Assembly (NCBI GenBank): GCA_034780895.1
Contig: JAUZTB010000033.1
Span: 35,458,918 to 35,522,917, forward strand
DNA: 64,000 nt
Origin: Rhynchobatus australiae
Lineage: Eukaryota
Direction: 5' to 3'
Made by a program: the position numbers and the translations under genes. Under the pieces are notes generated by a model. It was given only the letters and a program-made list of their open reading frames with translations, searched no databases and had not been told where the DNA came from. Every line of letters starts with the position of its first letter. The stretch's first letter is position 1. Below, in pieces: positions 50,241 to 61,929 of the stretch.

Positions 50241-52844
50241 GAAACTCCTTACCTCTATGGAGAATAAGGATGTACAGAAAAATTGAATAAGTGAAAAAGA
50301 AATCTCATTCTTTAAAGAAAATATTGTAACTTTTCAGCAGCTTATGTTGATATTTCAGCCTTGAAGTTCTTCCTGATGTTTAGATGGCATTATGTTTGAT
50401 TTTAGCATGTAAGCTAAAGCCAAGCAAAGGCTACTTCCTAATGGGGCTGTGGTTTTGTTGCAGTTTATGGGTTAAGAAATAAACATTTAGATTTGGGTTT
50501 AAACAGGTTTGTACTGTGAAGTGAATGAATGCAATTTCCTGCTTTTTTTAGCCTAAATTAAAAGTCCTCCTGCCTCCCAACCAAAGATTGATTAATCTAA
50601 TTTCCAACAATGTATAAAGCCCTATGTGCCAGGCAGACCTTGACTTTAGCTCATTACCATTGTTAGGATTTAAGCTATGTGCTGTTTATGTGCATGGAGG
50701 AAGCTGGCAAGTCCCACAGTTTCTGTCCGTGAACAGTATCTTTAGCTGACGTTTGATCAGGGTGAGTCAAAGGAATTCCACACCAATTAAATGATTCAGA
50801 TTTGGCTCATTCCTTCCTCAGTAGAAACTGCCTCCCCCCCCTCCCCCCTCTTTAATGATAAACATAAATAGTAGAGTCTTTCAGATAAGGCACCCAGGAA
50901 GTGAGGACAAGAATGCTGACTTCTTGCCAATGGTGAAGAGGTCAACAGGAAATCAAATTCAGAGCCTCAAAGATGACTTCACTGTAAATTAGTCAAGTTA
51001 AACCAACAAAGAAGGAAAGAAAAGAGCAACCTATGATGAACTGAGATATCCTTCTGAAATGGAGTTAGTTAACCTCTCAATTCATTGAAGTGCCTGTCAT
51101 CGGGATGATGGGATGTATATTGTAGGATGACTTGGAGATGAATATGTTCCTTTAATAAACATTTTCATAAATCACTTTTATTGAGGAGGCAGAATGACAT
51201 TGCAGATAAGTGATTCAGTGAAGTGTTTGACACAATTTGCTTTGTGGTGTCATGTGCAGTTTAGCCAGGGATGGTGAGTTTGCTTATCTCTGTGAGCTAT
51301 GTCACTATAGGATGTATAACATTTTTCACCTCTGTCACTCGGTTTCAGTAGTGAGCTGGGGCAGCTGTGGAGTCTGGGGCAGGGGCAAGCCTATTTCCTC
51401 CCCTAATAATATACCTCTGCCTACTCCATTGGCGTGAATTTCACTGCCAGCTACCTGTTGAGATTGCTGATTTGTGTGTGGTGACATTCACCTAAAATTT
51501 GAACAGTGAGTAAAGAAAGGTCTTTTGTATGTGTACAATCCAGAAAACTGCATCTATCACTCTTCAATCTCCTCAGAAAATAGAAACACGTTAGTGGTAG
51601 TCATGTGATTAAGTGTTTGCACTTCTACTGCAGGTTATATTGTACAGATTATGTGATTCTATATATTTATTTTCATCTTGCAAGGAGATGTATCAGGATA
51701 ACAGCAAGTAAGTAGGTAATACAGAGCAAACAATTCATCAGGAAAAAAACTTTTTATTACATTTTAAAAGAAAATTGGTTATACATTAGAAAGGAAAAAT
51801 ATGCAAAGCTAAGGAGAAAGAGCTAAGTTGGAAGGTGACCACTTTCCATTGCCAAATAGTCTGCTATTAGCATGATTATATCCTTAGAGGTGTTCAATTA
51901 ACCTCCAAAAACAGGTGGGTTGGGGTCAGGTGAGATGCGAAAATATTTAATATCTCAAACCTGATTCCAAACCAAGTGGAAAGTGCCCTTTATAAGTATA
52001 ATGGAGGTAGATCATGGGATGGCTATCTAACCTTCAGTGGGGGGCTTCACCATTTAAGTGTTATATTGAAGATGTGTACCTCAGACATGACCTACCTTGG
52101 GTACCTGGCAAATAACAAGAGGCCAGGAGAGCTTTCTGGAGAAGCTTTAAGTGTTGTCTAGGCCAGGAGAAATAGGAGTTCCTCCACCCTACCACTGAAC
52201 ATGACCTTCCATGCTAATGGATATCACCACGTACCCTTCTCCAACCCTCGCTNNNNNNNNNNNNNNNNNNNNNNNNNNNNNNNNNNNNNNNNNNNNNNNN
52301 NNNNNNNNNNNNNNNNNNNNNNNNNNNNNNNNNNNNNNNNNNNNNNNNNNNNNNNNNNNNNNNNNNNNNNNNNNNNNNNNNNNNNNNNNNNNNNNNNNNN
52401 NNNNNNNNNNNNNNNNNNNNNNNNNNNNNNNNNNNNNNNNNNNNNNNNNNNNNNNNNNNNNNNNNNNNNNNNNNNNNNNNNNNNNNNNNNNNNNNNNNNN
52501 NNNNNNNNNNNNNNNNNNNNNNNNNNNNNNNNNNNNNNNNNNNNNNNNNNNNNNNNNNNNNNNNNNNNNNNNNNNNNNNNNNNNNNNNNNNNNNNNNNNN
52601 NNNNNNNNNNNNNNNNNNNNNNNNNNNNNNNNNNNNNNNNNNNNNNNNNNNNNNNNNNNNNNNNNNNNNNNNNNNNNNNNNNNNNNNNNNNNNNNNNNNN
52701 NNNNNNNNNNNNNNNNNNNNNNNNNNNNNNNNNNNNNNNNNNNNNNNNNNNNNNNNNNNNNNNNNNNNNNNNNNNNNNNNNNNNNNNNNNNNNNNNNNNN
52801 NNNNNNNNNNNNNNNNNNNNGCCTGTCAATCAGTCTAATTTCCA

Positions 52845-52985
52845 TGTAGAACAGACAGGGTCTCGGATCATAGTCTCATCCAGAGATATTACTTCAGAGG
52901 GTGTAACACTCTTTCAGTACTGCACTGAAGTATCAGCCTAGATTGTCAAGTCTTTGAACTTGAACCCAAAACCTTCAGATTTAGT
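52845..52985 (-). mobile_element. Deu-domain SINE fragment
   Basis: gtctcatccagag..tcagtactgcactgaagtatcagcctagatt..cttgaaccc. Confidence 0.7.
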
Positions 52986-53419
52986 TGAAATCATTCACAC
53001 TTGGTGTGCATAAAATTAAATTTGTACAGGATCACATGATACTGTAATTTCACTATCTGTAGCAGGATTGAACTCACATTATCTAATAGTTTCAAGAATA
53101 AAACTGATATCTCAAGAAACAATTTCTTGATGTAGATTAGACCATTTTCCATACTTAAACTGTTAGAATAAAAGTGAGTAAACATTGTGATACATTTGAA
53201 GCTTCAGTATTGACAAGCCTCTTTGTTCAACTGTAGTTTGAGTCTACAATAGAGTACAGTTTATAATATTTCTTTAGAGGTTATCAATAGGAGATTTGCA
53301 TGCTGTAAGAATTATTACTGCATTTTCCACAAAAGAGATGAAGTCTGCAACCATGAAACTAGAATCCCAGGCAACCAGAAACACTCTTTCCATGGTATTA
53401 TCTTTTTTGATTTAATCAC

Positions 53420-53625
53420 TGTAAAACATACTGAAAACCTTAAGCAACTTGTGTGGAAAGAGAAACAGAGTTAATATTCAGGCCGAAGAGCCTTTGTCAG
53501 AATGTGAGGGTCTTTAACCTGAAACATTAACTCTGTTTCTCCTTCCGCAGATGCTGCCTGACCTGCTGAGTATTTCTAGCATTTGTTTTTATTTCAGATT
53601 TCCAGAGGTACACTTTTGATTTTCA
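53420..53625. mobile_element. Penelope-derived fold-back element
   Basis: gagaaacagagttaatattcagg / cctgaaacattaactctgtttctc, then gatgctgcctgacctgctgagtatttc. Confidence 0.75.
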
Positions 53626-53779
53626 TCCTGAAAAGCATGTTCTGTTGCACAAGGATTAAGTGGGTTTTAAATAGATTTTTAAGCAATAATTAGTTAAAAA
53701 GAAACATTATGGCTCTAAAAGTGGAATTTTGACTTTTACATTACAGATAATTCCCCACAGACTGAGTATCAAACCTTGG

Positions 53780-53975
53780 ATCTTACTGGCAAAATTTATT
53801 CTTCAGTTAACATTTCTAAAAATAGATATTCAGCTTATTATTGTATGTGGCAGCTTGCTGGACACAAACTGACTGTCATGTTCACTTCATTACAACAGTA
53901 ACTACAATTCGAAATCACGGCCTGTCTAAAATTCTTCAGACCTTTTGAGGGGAACAGGAAAGGTACTTTGTAAAA
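53780..53975 (+). mobile_element. Deu-SINE 3' fragment
   Basis: tgtggcagcttgctggacacaaactgactg..cattacaacagtaactaca..gaaaggtactttgtaaaat. Confidence 0.55.
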
Positions 53976-55299
53976 TAAAATAACTAATTTCCCCAGTTTA
54001 TAAGATGCATTTATTTAATTTGGTACTAATTTTCTCAATCTTACAGTATTTTTGGGAGTGGTGAATGGAAAATATTTTGGGTCAGATGTTGCTGCCCATA
54101 GTAAGCCCCCTGAGCACATCACCAACCTATATTCTAAGTAGAGGCTTAATATTTCTGGACTCACTGGTGTTGGCTTGCTATTTAAATCCACCACTATCTA
54201 AAATGTTGAGGCACTGTGCAGTGGGAAGTTTGTGTGATGNNNNNNNCAACCTGGGTAACCCAGTACAAGTTCTGCTTGCACAACATCAGGAAAAAACTTT
54301 GACAGCTGCCTAAACCATACCCCAGCATTAGCCAACTGCCAAACCTGTCATGGACTTTGAATACTCTTGAATGTGACTGAAACTGAAAACTTTTAAGTGT
54401 ATTCAATTCATTAAGAAAAATAACTAAACTTGTACTTGCTCAGATCCCCCTCAGTACTCCTCTCTAGGACTGGAGCACAAATATGGTTAACTTCTGATTT
54501 TTAAAAAATATATGTATTTATGTTTATTTATTTGAAAAGTCATTATATTTCAAAATGTCTACATTGGGGAATTACAAAATATACACAAAGTTCATCTTTT
54601 AGGTCTGTGACTTTTGCTTTGCAGTAACTATAACTAAGTAATCTACTTAAAACTCACTCAGTCCTTTGCAATGAAGCATTTGTTTTGTTCAGTATATTTT
54701 ATGGTGAGACTAGTTCATAAATAGCTTAAGTTCACATCATTTCAAGTGATTTCCCTCTATCCCTGTGGAGAAGGCTGCAAGTCTGGGGCTGTAAAGTTGG
54801 GGAGGTTATTTACTATGCATGAATGAATCAATTGTACTTTTTATTGTACAAATTTTGGGATTCTTACTGGCAGCTTGGTGATTCCAGAATTTGGCAACAA
54901 TGCTCTGTAATAAACAAGTAAGCAGAAACAATGGCCATCATTCACATCAATTTAATCATTGTATAAAGTCTTGAGGTGGCACCAAAGCAGAGGTGTAGAT
55001 TGATAGTGCATTTTGATTCCAGGCTCACAGATTAAGTGCAAGGTAATCAAGCTTTCAAAGCTCATTTCCTATGAGGCATATGAAAATCAAAGGGAATATA
55101 GAATTAAACTCGTGTGCCCTGTGTCCATAATTATAATGGCCATAAAGTCCTGTTGCCTTGGGACACATACATTACTGAATTTTGAAATAACAGGTCTTCT
55201 GACAACACATTCATGGCCCATTGTGCACTGTCTATTTAAATAAACCTGAACAGAAGCAATTCAACTTCTTGGCCCATCTCATGTTGTCTTAAATGCTGG

Positions 55300-55317
55300 T
55301 GGTGCCATCTGCTGGTC
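55300..55317 (-). promoter_or_regulatory. CTCF consensus motif
   Basis: tggtgccatctgctggtc, reverse complement GACCAGCAGATGGCACCA; binding is untested. Confidence 0.5.
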
Positions 55318-57545
55318 TTTAACAAGCATATCAAGCTATAAATTAGATATTTGTGTCCCATTCCACAAGAATTTCAGTGTAGTTTCCAATATTCTTACTG
55401 CAATTAAGTAGTTTCTGTGTACACTTCTGATATTGTCTTTGTATCAAGCATTTTCAACCATTACTCTCAAGATCTGAATTCCAAATATTAGATTTCCCAA
55501 GTGGTGTTAACAGGCAAATTTTATTGTTTTATTTTAACTGTTTCTCTCCATGACTTGAGTCACAATTTCATTTGTCACAAGTGCCAAATATACAGAGGAT
55601 CATTTTTAACAATGTCATGTTTGTTTCCTCTGTGCTTCTTTGAGAATTCCCATAGATCTCTCCTCTGCACCATTTGATGCAGGGTGATACAGTAAAATAA
55701 ATGTGTGGTTTAATGCCACTTAGTTTCATAAAGTGCTCAGGTAGACATGAATGAAACTGAACACTGTTGTCCAGGATTATTTCTTCTGGAAAGCCATGAC
55801 TTGAAAAACAGGATTTCATTTTTCAATAGATCTTCAGTGCTAGCATGGTCTGCAGTCTCAACATACAAAGCACTCATCTGCTGACTCCAAGATCATTGCC
55901 AAATCCCAGCCAATAAAGAAAATGTCCAGCTATTCCCTTCAGATTTACAATTCAAGACTGTCCAGTGGAAGTTCTTCTAAAATTTGTCTTCACAAAGCAC
56001 TGGTGTGATAATTCTAATCCCCATTTTAACAAGATCGTAAACAACTCATTACTCCATTTATTAAGAACCTAGAGCTTTACAGCATGGAAATGGGCCNNNN
56101 NNNNNNNNNNNNNNNNNNNNNNNNNNNNNNNNNNNNNNNNNNNNNNNNNNNNNNNNNNNNNNNNNNNNNNNNNNNNNNNNNNNNNNNNNNNNNNNNTAAG
56201 AACCTAGAGCTGTACAGCATGGAAATGGGCCCATTGGCCTACTGCTTTCATGCACCCATCTATTACCACTCCTGTTTATCAACTGACTGCCTATCCCCTG
56301 ATTCTCTTGCCATCCACTACACTAGGGACACTTAAAACAGATAATTAAACTACCCACTTATAGAGGCTCATGTCATCATCTGGACAAATGTCTGATTCAG
56401 TTCATCCTCTTAAAGTTCATTTGTAGACTCTTTTTAAAAATCTGTTTATCTCAGCTATTTTCATTGCTTTGACTGGAAAACTATTTTCTATTTTTAATCT
56501 GAATATCATACCCTTTCTCTAGATCTGAAAATATGGTAACTTTGGCAATGCATCTGCAACAGCATTTTGTTATGGATTACTTTATTCAATCATGTAATCA
56601 TAGTAAAGTAAGAAAATAGTTCAACTTTCCATTCTCGGTATGGCCAATTTAAAACCAAAAATTGCAAACAGTTGCCATCAGTCTATGGCCAAGTTCTGCC
56701 CAATAGCTACTGATGAAACCTTTTCAAAAGCAATTCCCAATGGCTCTTACTCAATTTCTGCATTATTTATTTCCCTTCATCAATATATATATAATGCAAA
56801 ACACAATTGTTTTGTCTTGACCGTCATCCATTATGTGACTGATCACAGCTCCATTCCATGACTGAAAGCATCACATGCAAGATTCAATATGTATGTTCTG
56901 TAATGGCCCAACAAAGACTCGTATTCCAAGAGCTGATGAACATGTATGCTGTTTGCTGTTCTTTGGCCCAGTTTCATTTTTTTTTCATTAGTAACTGATG
57001 GCACCAGTGATGTTGCAAGATCTAGCAACAATCTAGCACAGTAATGTATCATGTCAATGCATAATCTAAGTTCTGAAAAGTTTCTTTTCAGATTTCCTTG
57101 CCTTCACAATACTTCTTTTTCTTTGACTTTGCATCTGCATTCACCTGCTTTTAACCCAAGATACACTTTTTTTATATAAATGCACACTTGCATCTTAGCT
57201 TTCCCTTGTGTCACCTGATCACTTCTGATATTCGCTTGTCTTCTTCCATCCACGTGTCGATTTGAACATCAGCTTGATCATGTAAACAGTGCATCTTGTC
57301 CATTGTAGCCAGTAAATTCTTTATGACAATTGATTTTGTCCAGCCACTCCGGCTTGTCTTCAGCAGAATTCCATTTCATGTTTGTTTCTCTTCCACTTCC
57401 TCTACCTCATTCTTCAACACACAAAGGACAAGCAGGGAATTACAGTAAATTGATCTTGTACCGGGCCTTGCATGAGCAATATAACCTGTAATGTATTCTT
57501 GAACATTTCTACATCTTTCCAATGGAATGCCTAAGCATTTTTTAT

Positions 57546-58070
57546 CATAGAATCATAGAACAGTACAGCACAATACAGGCCCTTCGGCCCACAATGTTGT
57601 GCCAACCTTTAAACCTCGCCTAAGACTATCTAACTCCTTCGTCCCACATATCCCTCTATTTTAAATTCTTACATATGCTTGTCGAGCAATCTCTTGAATT
57701 TAACCAATGTACCTGCCTCTACCACCACCTCAGGCAGCGCATTCCATTCCCCAACCAATCTCTGGGTAAAAAACCTTCTTCTGATATCTCCCTTGAACTT
57801 CCCACCCATTACATTAAAGCCATGCCCTCTTGCATTGAGCACTGGTGCCCTGGGAAAGAGGCGCTGGCTCTCCACTCTATCTGTTCCCCTTAATATTTTG
57901 TACACTTCTATCATGTCTCCCCTCATCTTCCTCTTCTCCAAAGAGTAAAGCCCTAGCTCCCTGAGTGTCTCCTCATAATCCATACTCTCCAAACCAGGCA
58001 GCATCCTGGTAAATCTCCTCTGCACCCTTTCCAATGCTACCACATCCTTCTTATAATGAGGCAACCCAAG
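57546..58070 (-). mobile_element. CR1 3' end nested in Gypsy
   Basis: LPHYKKDVVALERVQRRFTRMLPGLE..RGDMIEVYKILRG..; tail tcatagaatcatagaac. Confidence 0.93.
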
Positions 58071-58169
58071 ATATTTATGTCTGGGCCAGATACCAGTGTA
58101 GTGAAGTTTATGGACACAACTTCCTGATTTTCTCATTTAACTGCAGTCATGCAGATGCCAGAAGTCAGT

Positions 58170-58330
58170 ATCTCATTTACTCCTCTGTACTGTTATTGTT
58201 TTTACCTGTACTACATCGATGCACTCTGTACTAACCCAATGTGTAATGGATTGACCTGTACAATCTGTATGCAAGACAGGTTTTTCACTGTACCTTGGTA
58301 CAAGTGACAATAATAAACCAATACCAATAA
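58170..58330 (+). mobile_element. Rex/Babar-type 3' UTR nested in Gypsy
   Basis: tttttcactgtaccttggtacaagtgacaataataaaccaataccaat. Confidence 0.75.
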
Positions 58331-58556
58331 TGGATAACCTCAGTGTCATTCACATTGTGAAATCTGGCCTCTAGGGACTAGGTTTGTGGCTAAACTAAAT
58401 GCATAAAATCAGGAAGGTACAGAATTTTGCATCCTGTAATTTTAGTGGCACTTGTCNNNNNNNNNNNNNNNNNNNNNNNNNNNNNNNNNNNNNNNNNNNN
58501 NNNNNNNNNNNNNNNNNNNNNNNNNNNNNNNNNNNNNNNNNNNNNNNNNNNNNNNN

Positions 58557-58815
58557 TGAGGCAACTTTCAGGGATCTGTTGATATGAACCCCTAGATCCC
58601 TCTGCTCCTCCACACTACCCAGAATCCTGCCATTATCTTTGTACTCCACCTTGGAGTTTGTCCTTCCGAAGTGTACCACCTCACACTTCTCTGGATTGAA
58701 CTCCATCTGCCATTTCTCAGCCCAGCTTTGCATCCTATCAATATCCCTCTGCAATCTTTGACAGCCCTCCACATTATCCACAACACCACCAAGCTTTGTG
58801 TCGTCTGCGAACTTG
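58557..58815 (-). mobile_element. CR1 RT fragment
   Basis: KFADDTKLGGVVDNVEGCQRLQRDIDRMQSWAEKWQMEFNPEKC. Confidence 0.93.
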
Positions 58816-60687
58816 TTTTTAACTGCACTTTATCTTGAAATCACTCTTCTTTCCATCATTTAAAGCCTGCTGAGTCAATGTACGTGAGCTGAATTCTCCG
58901 TTGTTCACATTGCTTTCCCCTCTGTGGCTTCTTGCTGCTCTAGGAAGAAAACACGAGGAAAGCTTTAACTCATTGCTTTGGCATACTGAGGACATCTGCC
59001 CTTTTTCCTGGCAGTTAAAGTATTTCCCTATCTTGCATTGACATATTTGTGTTGGATGCCTTCCTTTATATCTGTAACAGCAATTCATGCCTGTATCATC
59101 CATGTGTTTTTGAGTTTGCTTTTGAATTCTAGCCTTTCTTTTGGCAGTTACAAAAACTGTATTTATACCTTGCATTGAATAAAATCCTTGATGCCCTCTC
59201 TACAGTCATCAGAGTTTTGCATGCACGCGCAAATGTGAGATTCTGTATAAAATAATTTTGATTGAATTTGTTCATTAATTAAACCACAAACGTCACACAG
59301 TGCACATTTTTAAAAAGGTCATAGGGTCATACAGCATGGAAATGGGCCTTTCCATGCTGTATGACTGTGTTGCCCAGCAAGCTAGTTCCATCTGCCTGAA
59401 TGTTAGCATTCAGTGTTAAGACAGGTAAGCCATTGAAACAATTTGCTTGCTGACATTCTCACTGCACTTATTCCTAGTTCCAACTTTGTAACACTCTACG
59501 TGGTTTCTAATGGTTACAGATCGAGGTGATCCTGTAACTTTTATACTACTTCACCAAGCAAACATCTTTTGCTTGCCGTGGCATCAAAGGATTTACATTG
59601 AAGAGTATGTTTTGCAACCAGTTTCAGTTAGAATGGTTTTCTTGAGCTCCTGCAGTGCTCTGTTTTGTTTTGTGCAAGCACATTCTCACCATCATCAACA
59701 ACCATCACCACTATGTCATTTTCTGCATAAAACCTTTCCAAACACTCACTGTGAACCAACAAACTCCCACAACTAATGATATGTACCAAGGCTTCCAATA
59801 TAAGACTGAGGAGCCATTTGGTCCTGTTCCCATTCTTATACTGATACAGTTTCTGCTCAAGGACAATTCACACGATGCCTCTAATTTTCTTGTGCTTATT
59901 ATCCAACTGCTGTTGTTTTGGCAATGTAAACGAATACTGATGCAAGGAGAGATTGCAGACTTTCAAATTCATACCGTAAACTATTCATTCTCACTTTTTG
60001 ACAGACTCAAAGGCTTCACTTTAGTTTATCATTTTCATTGCTTTATCTTTGCTTTTGACTTTTATCTTTATCACCAATTTGTATTGTTCTTCATTTGAGT
60101 CCAAACAATACAGAATATATGGAGAAATACGAAGGGACAGACAGCTGCAACAACAAATGCAAATGATTTAGGCCAAGAGAAGCCAGTTTGCACAGAGAAT
60201 TGTGATGCTGTGGAATTCACTTCCAGTATTACTGGCTGCAGCAGAGACCTGTACGTATTTAAGGTTAGATTAGGTTGGCAGGAGAAACAGAAACAAAGAA
60301 TATAAGATGGATAAAAGTAACTCAGACTATTGTTTGCTTGGAGGGAAATTGCTGAGAAAGACTGCTTTGGTATAATGGCCTAGTTCATACTGCAATCTCT
60401 ATAACTAAGGAAAGCTCGATTATGCTAGGGGTGATTATGAACACCTATCTGGCAGAAATTAGGTGGGCAGTTAAAATCACCTGTGGAATTTACTTGCGAT
60501 ACCAACATAGTGGGACAGTGTGTCAGGGCAAAGAATGCTCCTAAGTTGCACCTTGGTTGTAGGATCTGGGGGAAAGTAGGTTATGGGGGAAATTAATTGG
60601 GGAATGAGATTGCTTTCTGAATGACATAGATTTGATAGGCTGAATGCCCTCTTTCTACATCACACGGAAACATTAAATATGAAATAT

Positions 60688-60935
60688 GGTGGCGCAGTAG
60701 CGTAGTGGTAAGCGCAATGCTATTACAGCGCCAGCGATCGGGGTTTGATTCCCTTCGCTGTTGGTGAGGAGTTTGTACGTTCTCCCCATGTCTGCATGGG
60801 TTTCCTCTTGGTGCTCTGGTTTCCTCTCATGTTCTAATTACGTACGGGTAGGTTAATTTGGGATTTAAAATGGGTGGCGCGGACTCGTTGGGCCGGAAGG
60901 GCCTGTAACCAAGCTGTAAATAAAATTTAATCTAA
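60688..60935 (+). mobile_element. Full-length tRNA-derived V-SINE with CR1-type tail
   Basis: Box A tagcgtagtgg (60698), box B ggtttgattcc (60742), V-domain, tail gggccggaagggcctgt; candidate TSD gaaatat (60681-60687 and 60936-60942). Confidence 0.88.
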
Positions 60936-61055
60936 GAAATATTCCTGCTTTCTTTGTCCTTTTTGAGGTAACAGGTTTGAGAGGCAATATAAAGAAAGCC
61001 TTGAAAAGATGTCACAAGTGCATCTTGTAGACAGGGCACTACTACATCCATAAAT

Positions 61056-61779
61056 TGGTAAATCAGTATATTATTGTCACATGTACCGAGGTACAGTGAA
61101 AAACTTTGTTTTGCATGCCATCCACACTGAACATTTCATCACATCAGTGTATTGAAGTAATACAAGGGAAAAGCAATAACAGAACGCAGAATAAAGTGTT
61201 ACAGTTACAGAGAGAGTGCAGTTGAGGCAAACTATAGTGCTAGGCCATAATAACAGAGATGTGTGGTCAAGACTCCATCGTACGAAGGGACTGTTTGCTA
61301 GTCTTATAAACAATGGGATGGAAGCTGTCCTAGACCCTGGTGGTGTATGCTTTCAGGCTTTTGTATCTTCTGCCTGATGGGAGGGGGAAGAAGAGAGATT
61401 GCCCGGGGTGGGAGGGGTATGTTGATTATGTTGGCTGCTTTACTGAGACAGCAAGAAGTGTAGACATGGAGGGGAGTCCATGGAGGGGAGGCCGGTTTCC
61501 ATGATGTGCTGAGCTGTGTCCACAACTCTCTGCAGTGTCTTGCAGTCATGGGCAGAGCAGTTTTCCATATCAAACCATCATGCATCTGCATAGAATGCAT
61601 GTTATGGTGCATCAATAAAAATTGATGAGGTTCAAAGGGCACATGCCAAATTTCTTTAACCTCCTGAGGAAGCAGAGGCACTGGTGCACTTTCTTGGTCG
61701 TGGAGTCGACGTGGTTGGACCAGGACAGGCTTTTGGTGATGTTCACTCCTAGCAACTTGAAGCTCTCAACCCTCTTTAC
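61056..61779 (-). mobile_element. Rex1/Babar-type LINE 3' fragment
   Basis: VKRVESFKLLGVNITKSLSWSNHVDSTTKKVHQCLCFLRRLKKFGM; homologous to 41723-42680. Confidence 0.88.
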
Positions 61780-61929
61780 NNNNNNNNNNNNNNNNNNNNN
61801 NNNNNNNNNNNNNNNNNNNNNNNNNNNNNNNNNNNNNNNNNNNNNNNNNNNNNNNNNNNNNNNNNNNNNNNNNNNNNNNCTCAGTGGGCCGAAGGGCAAG
61901 TTTCCATGCTATTCCTTTCCATGACTCAA

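Larger units (their letters stand above)
55400..59950 (-). mobile_element. Ty3/Gypsy internal fossil (gag-PR-RT-RNaseH-INT) with nested insertions
   Basis: Gag knuckles CYRYKGRHPTQICQCK..YFNCQEKGQMSSVCQS (~58960-59080); RNase H ILNLACDAF and AEIE*EPLGIAF..FHQ*LLGR; integrase FSSHGFPEEIILDNSVQF..FMKLSGIK. Confidence 0.82.

Noticed and set aside
59655-60098. 147-aa ORF without gaps
   Set aside because: It is antisense to the Gypsy gag region and has no recognisable domain.
60688-60760. tRNA gene
   Set aside because: Box A/B are present, but the sequence continues into a V-domain and LINE tail, so it is a SINE head.
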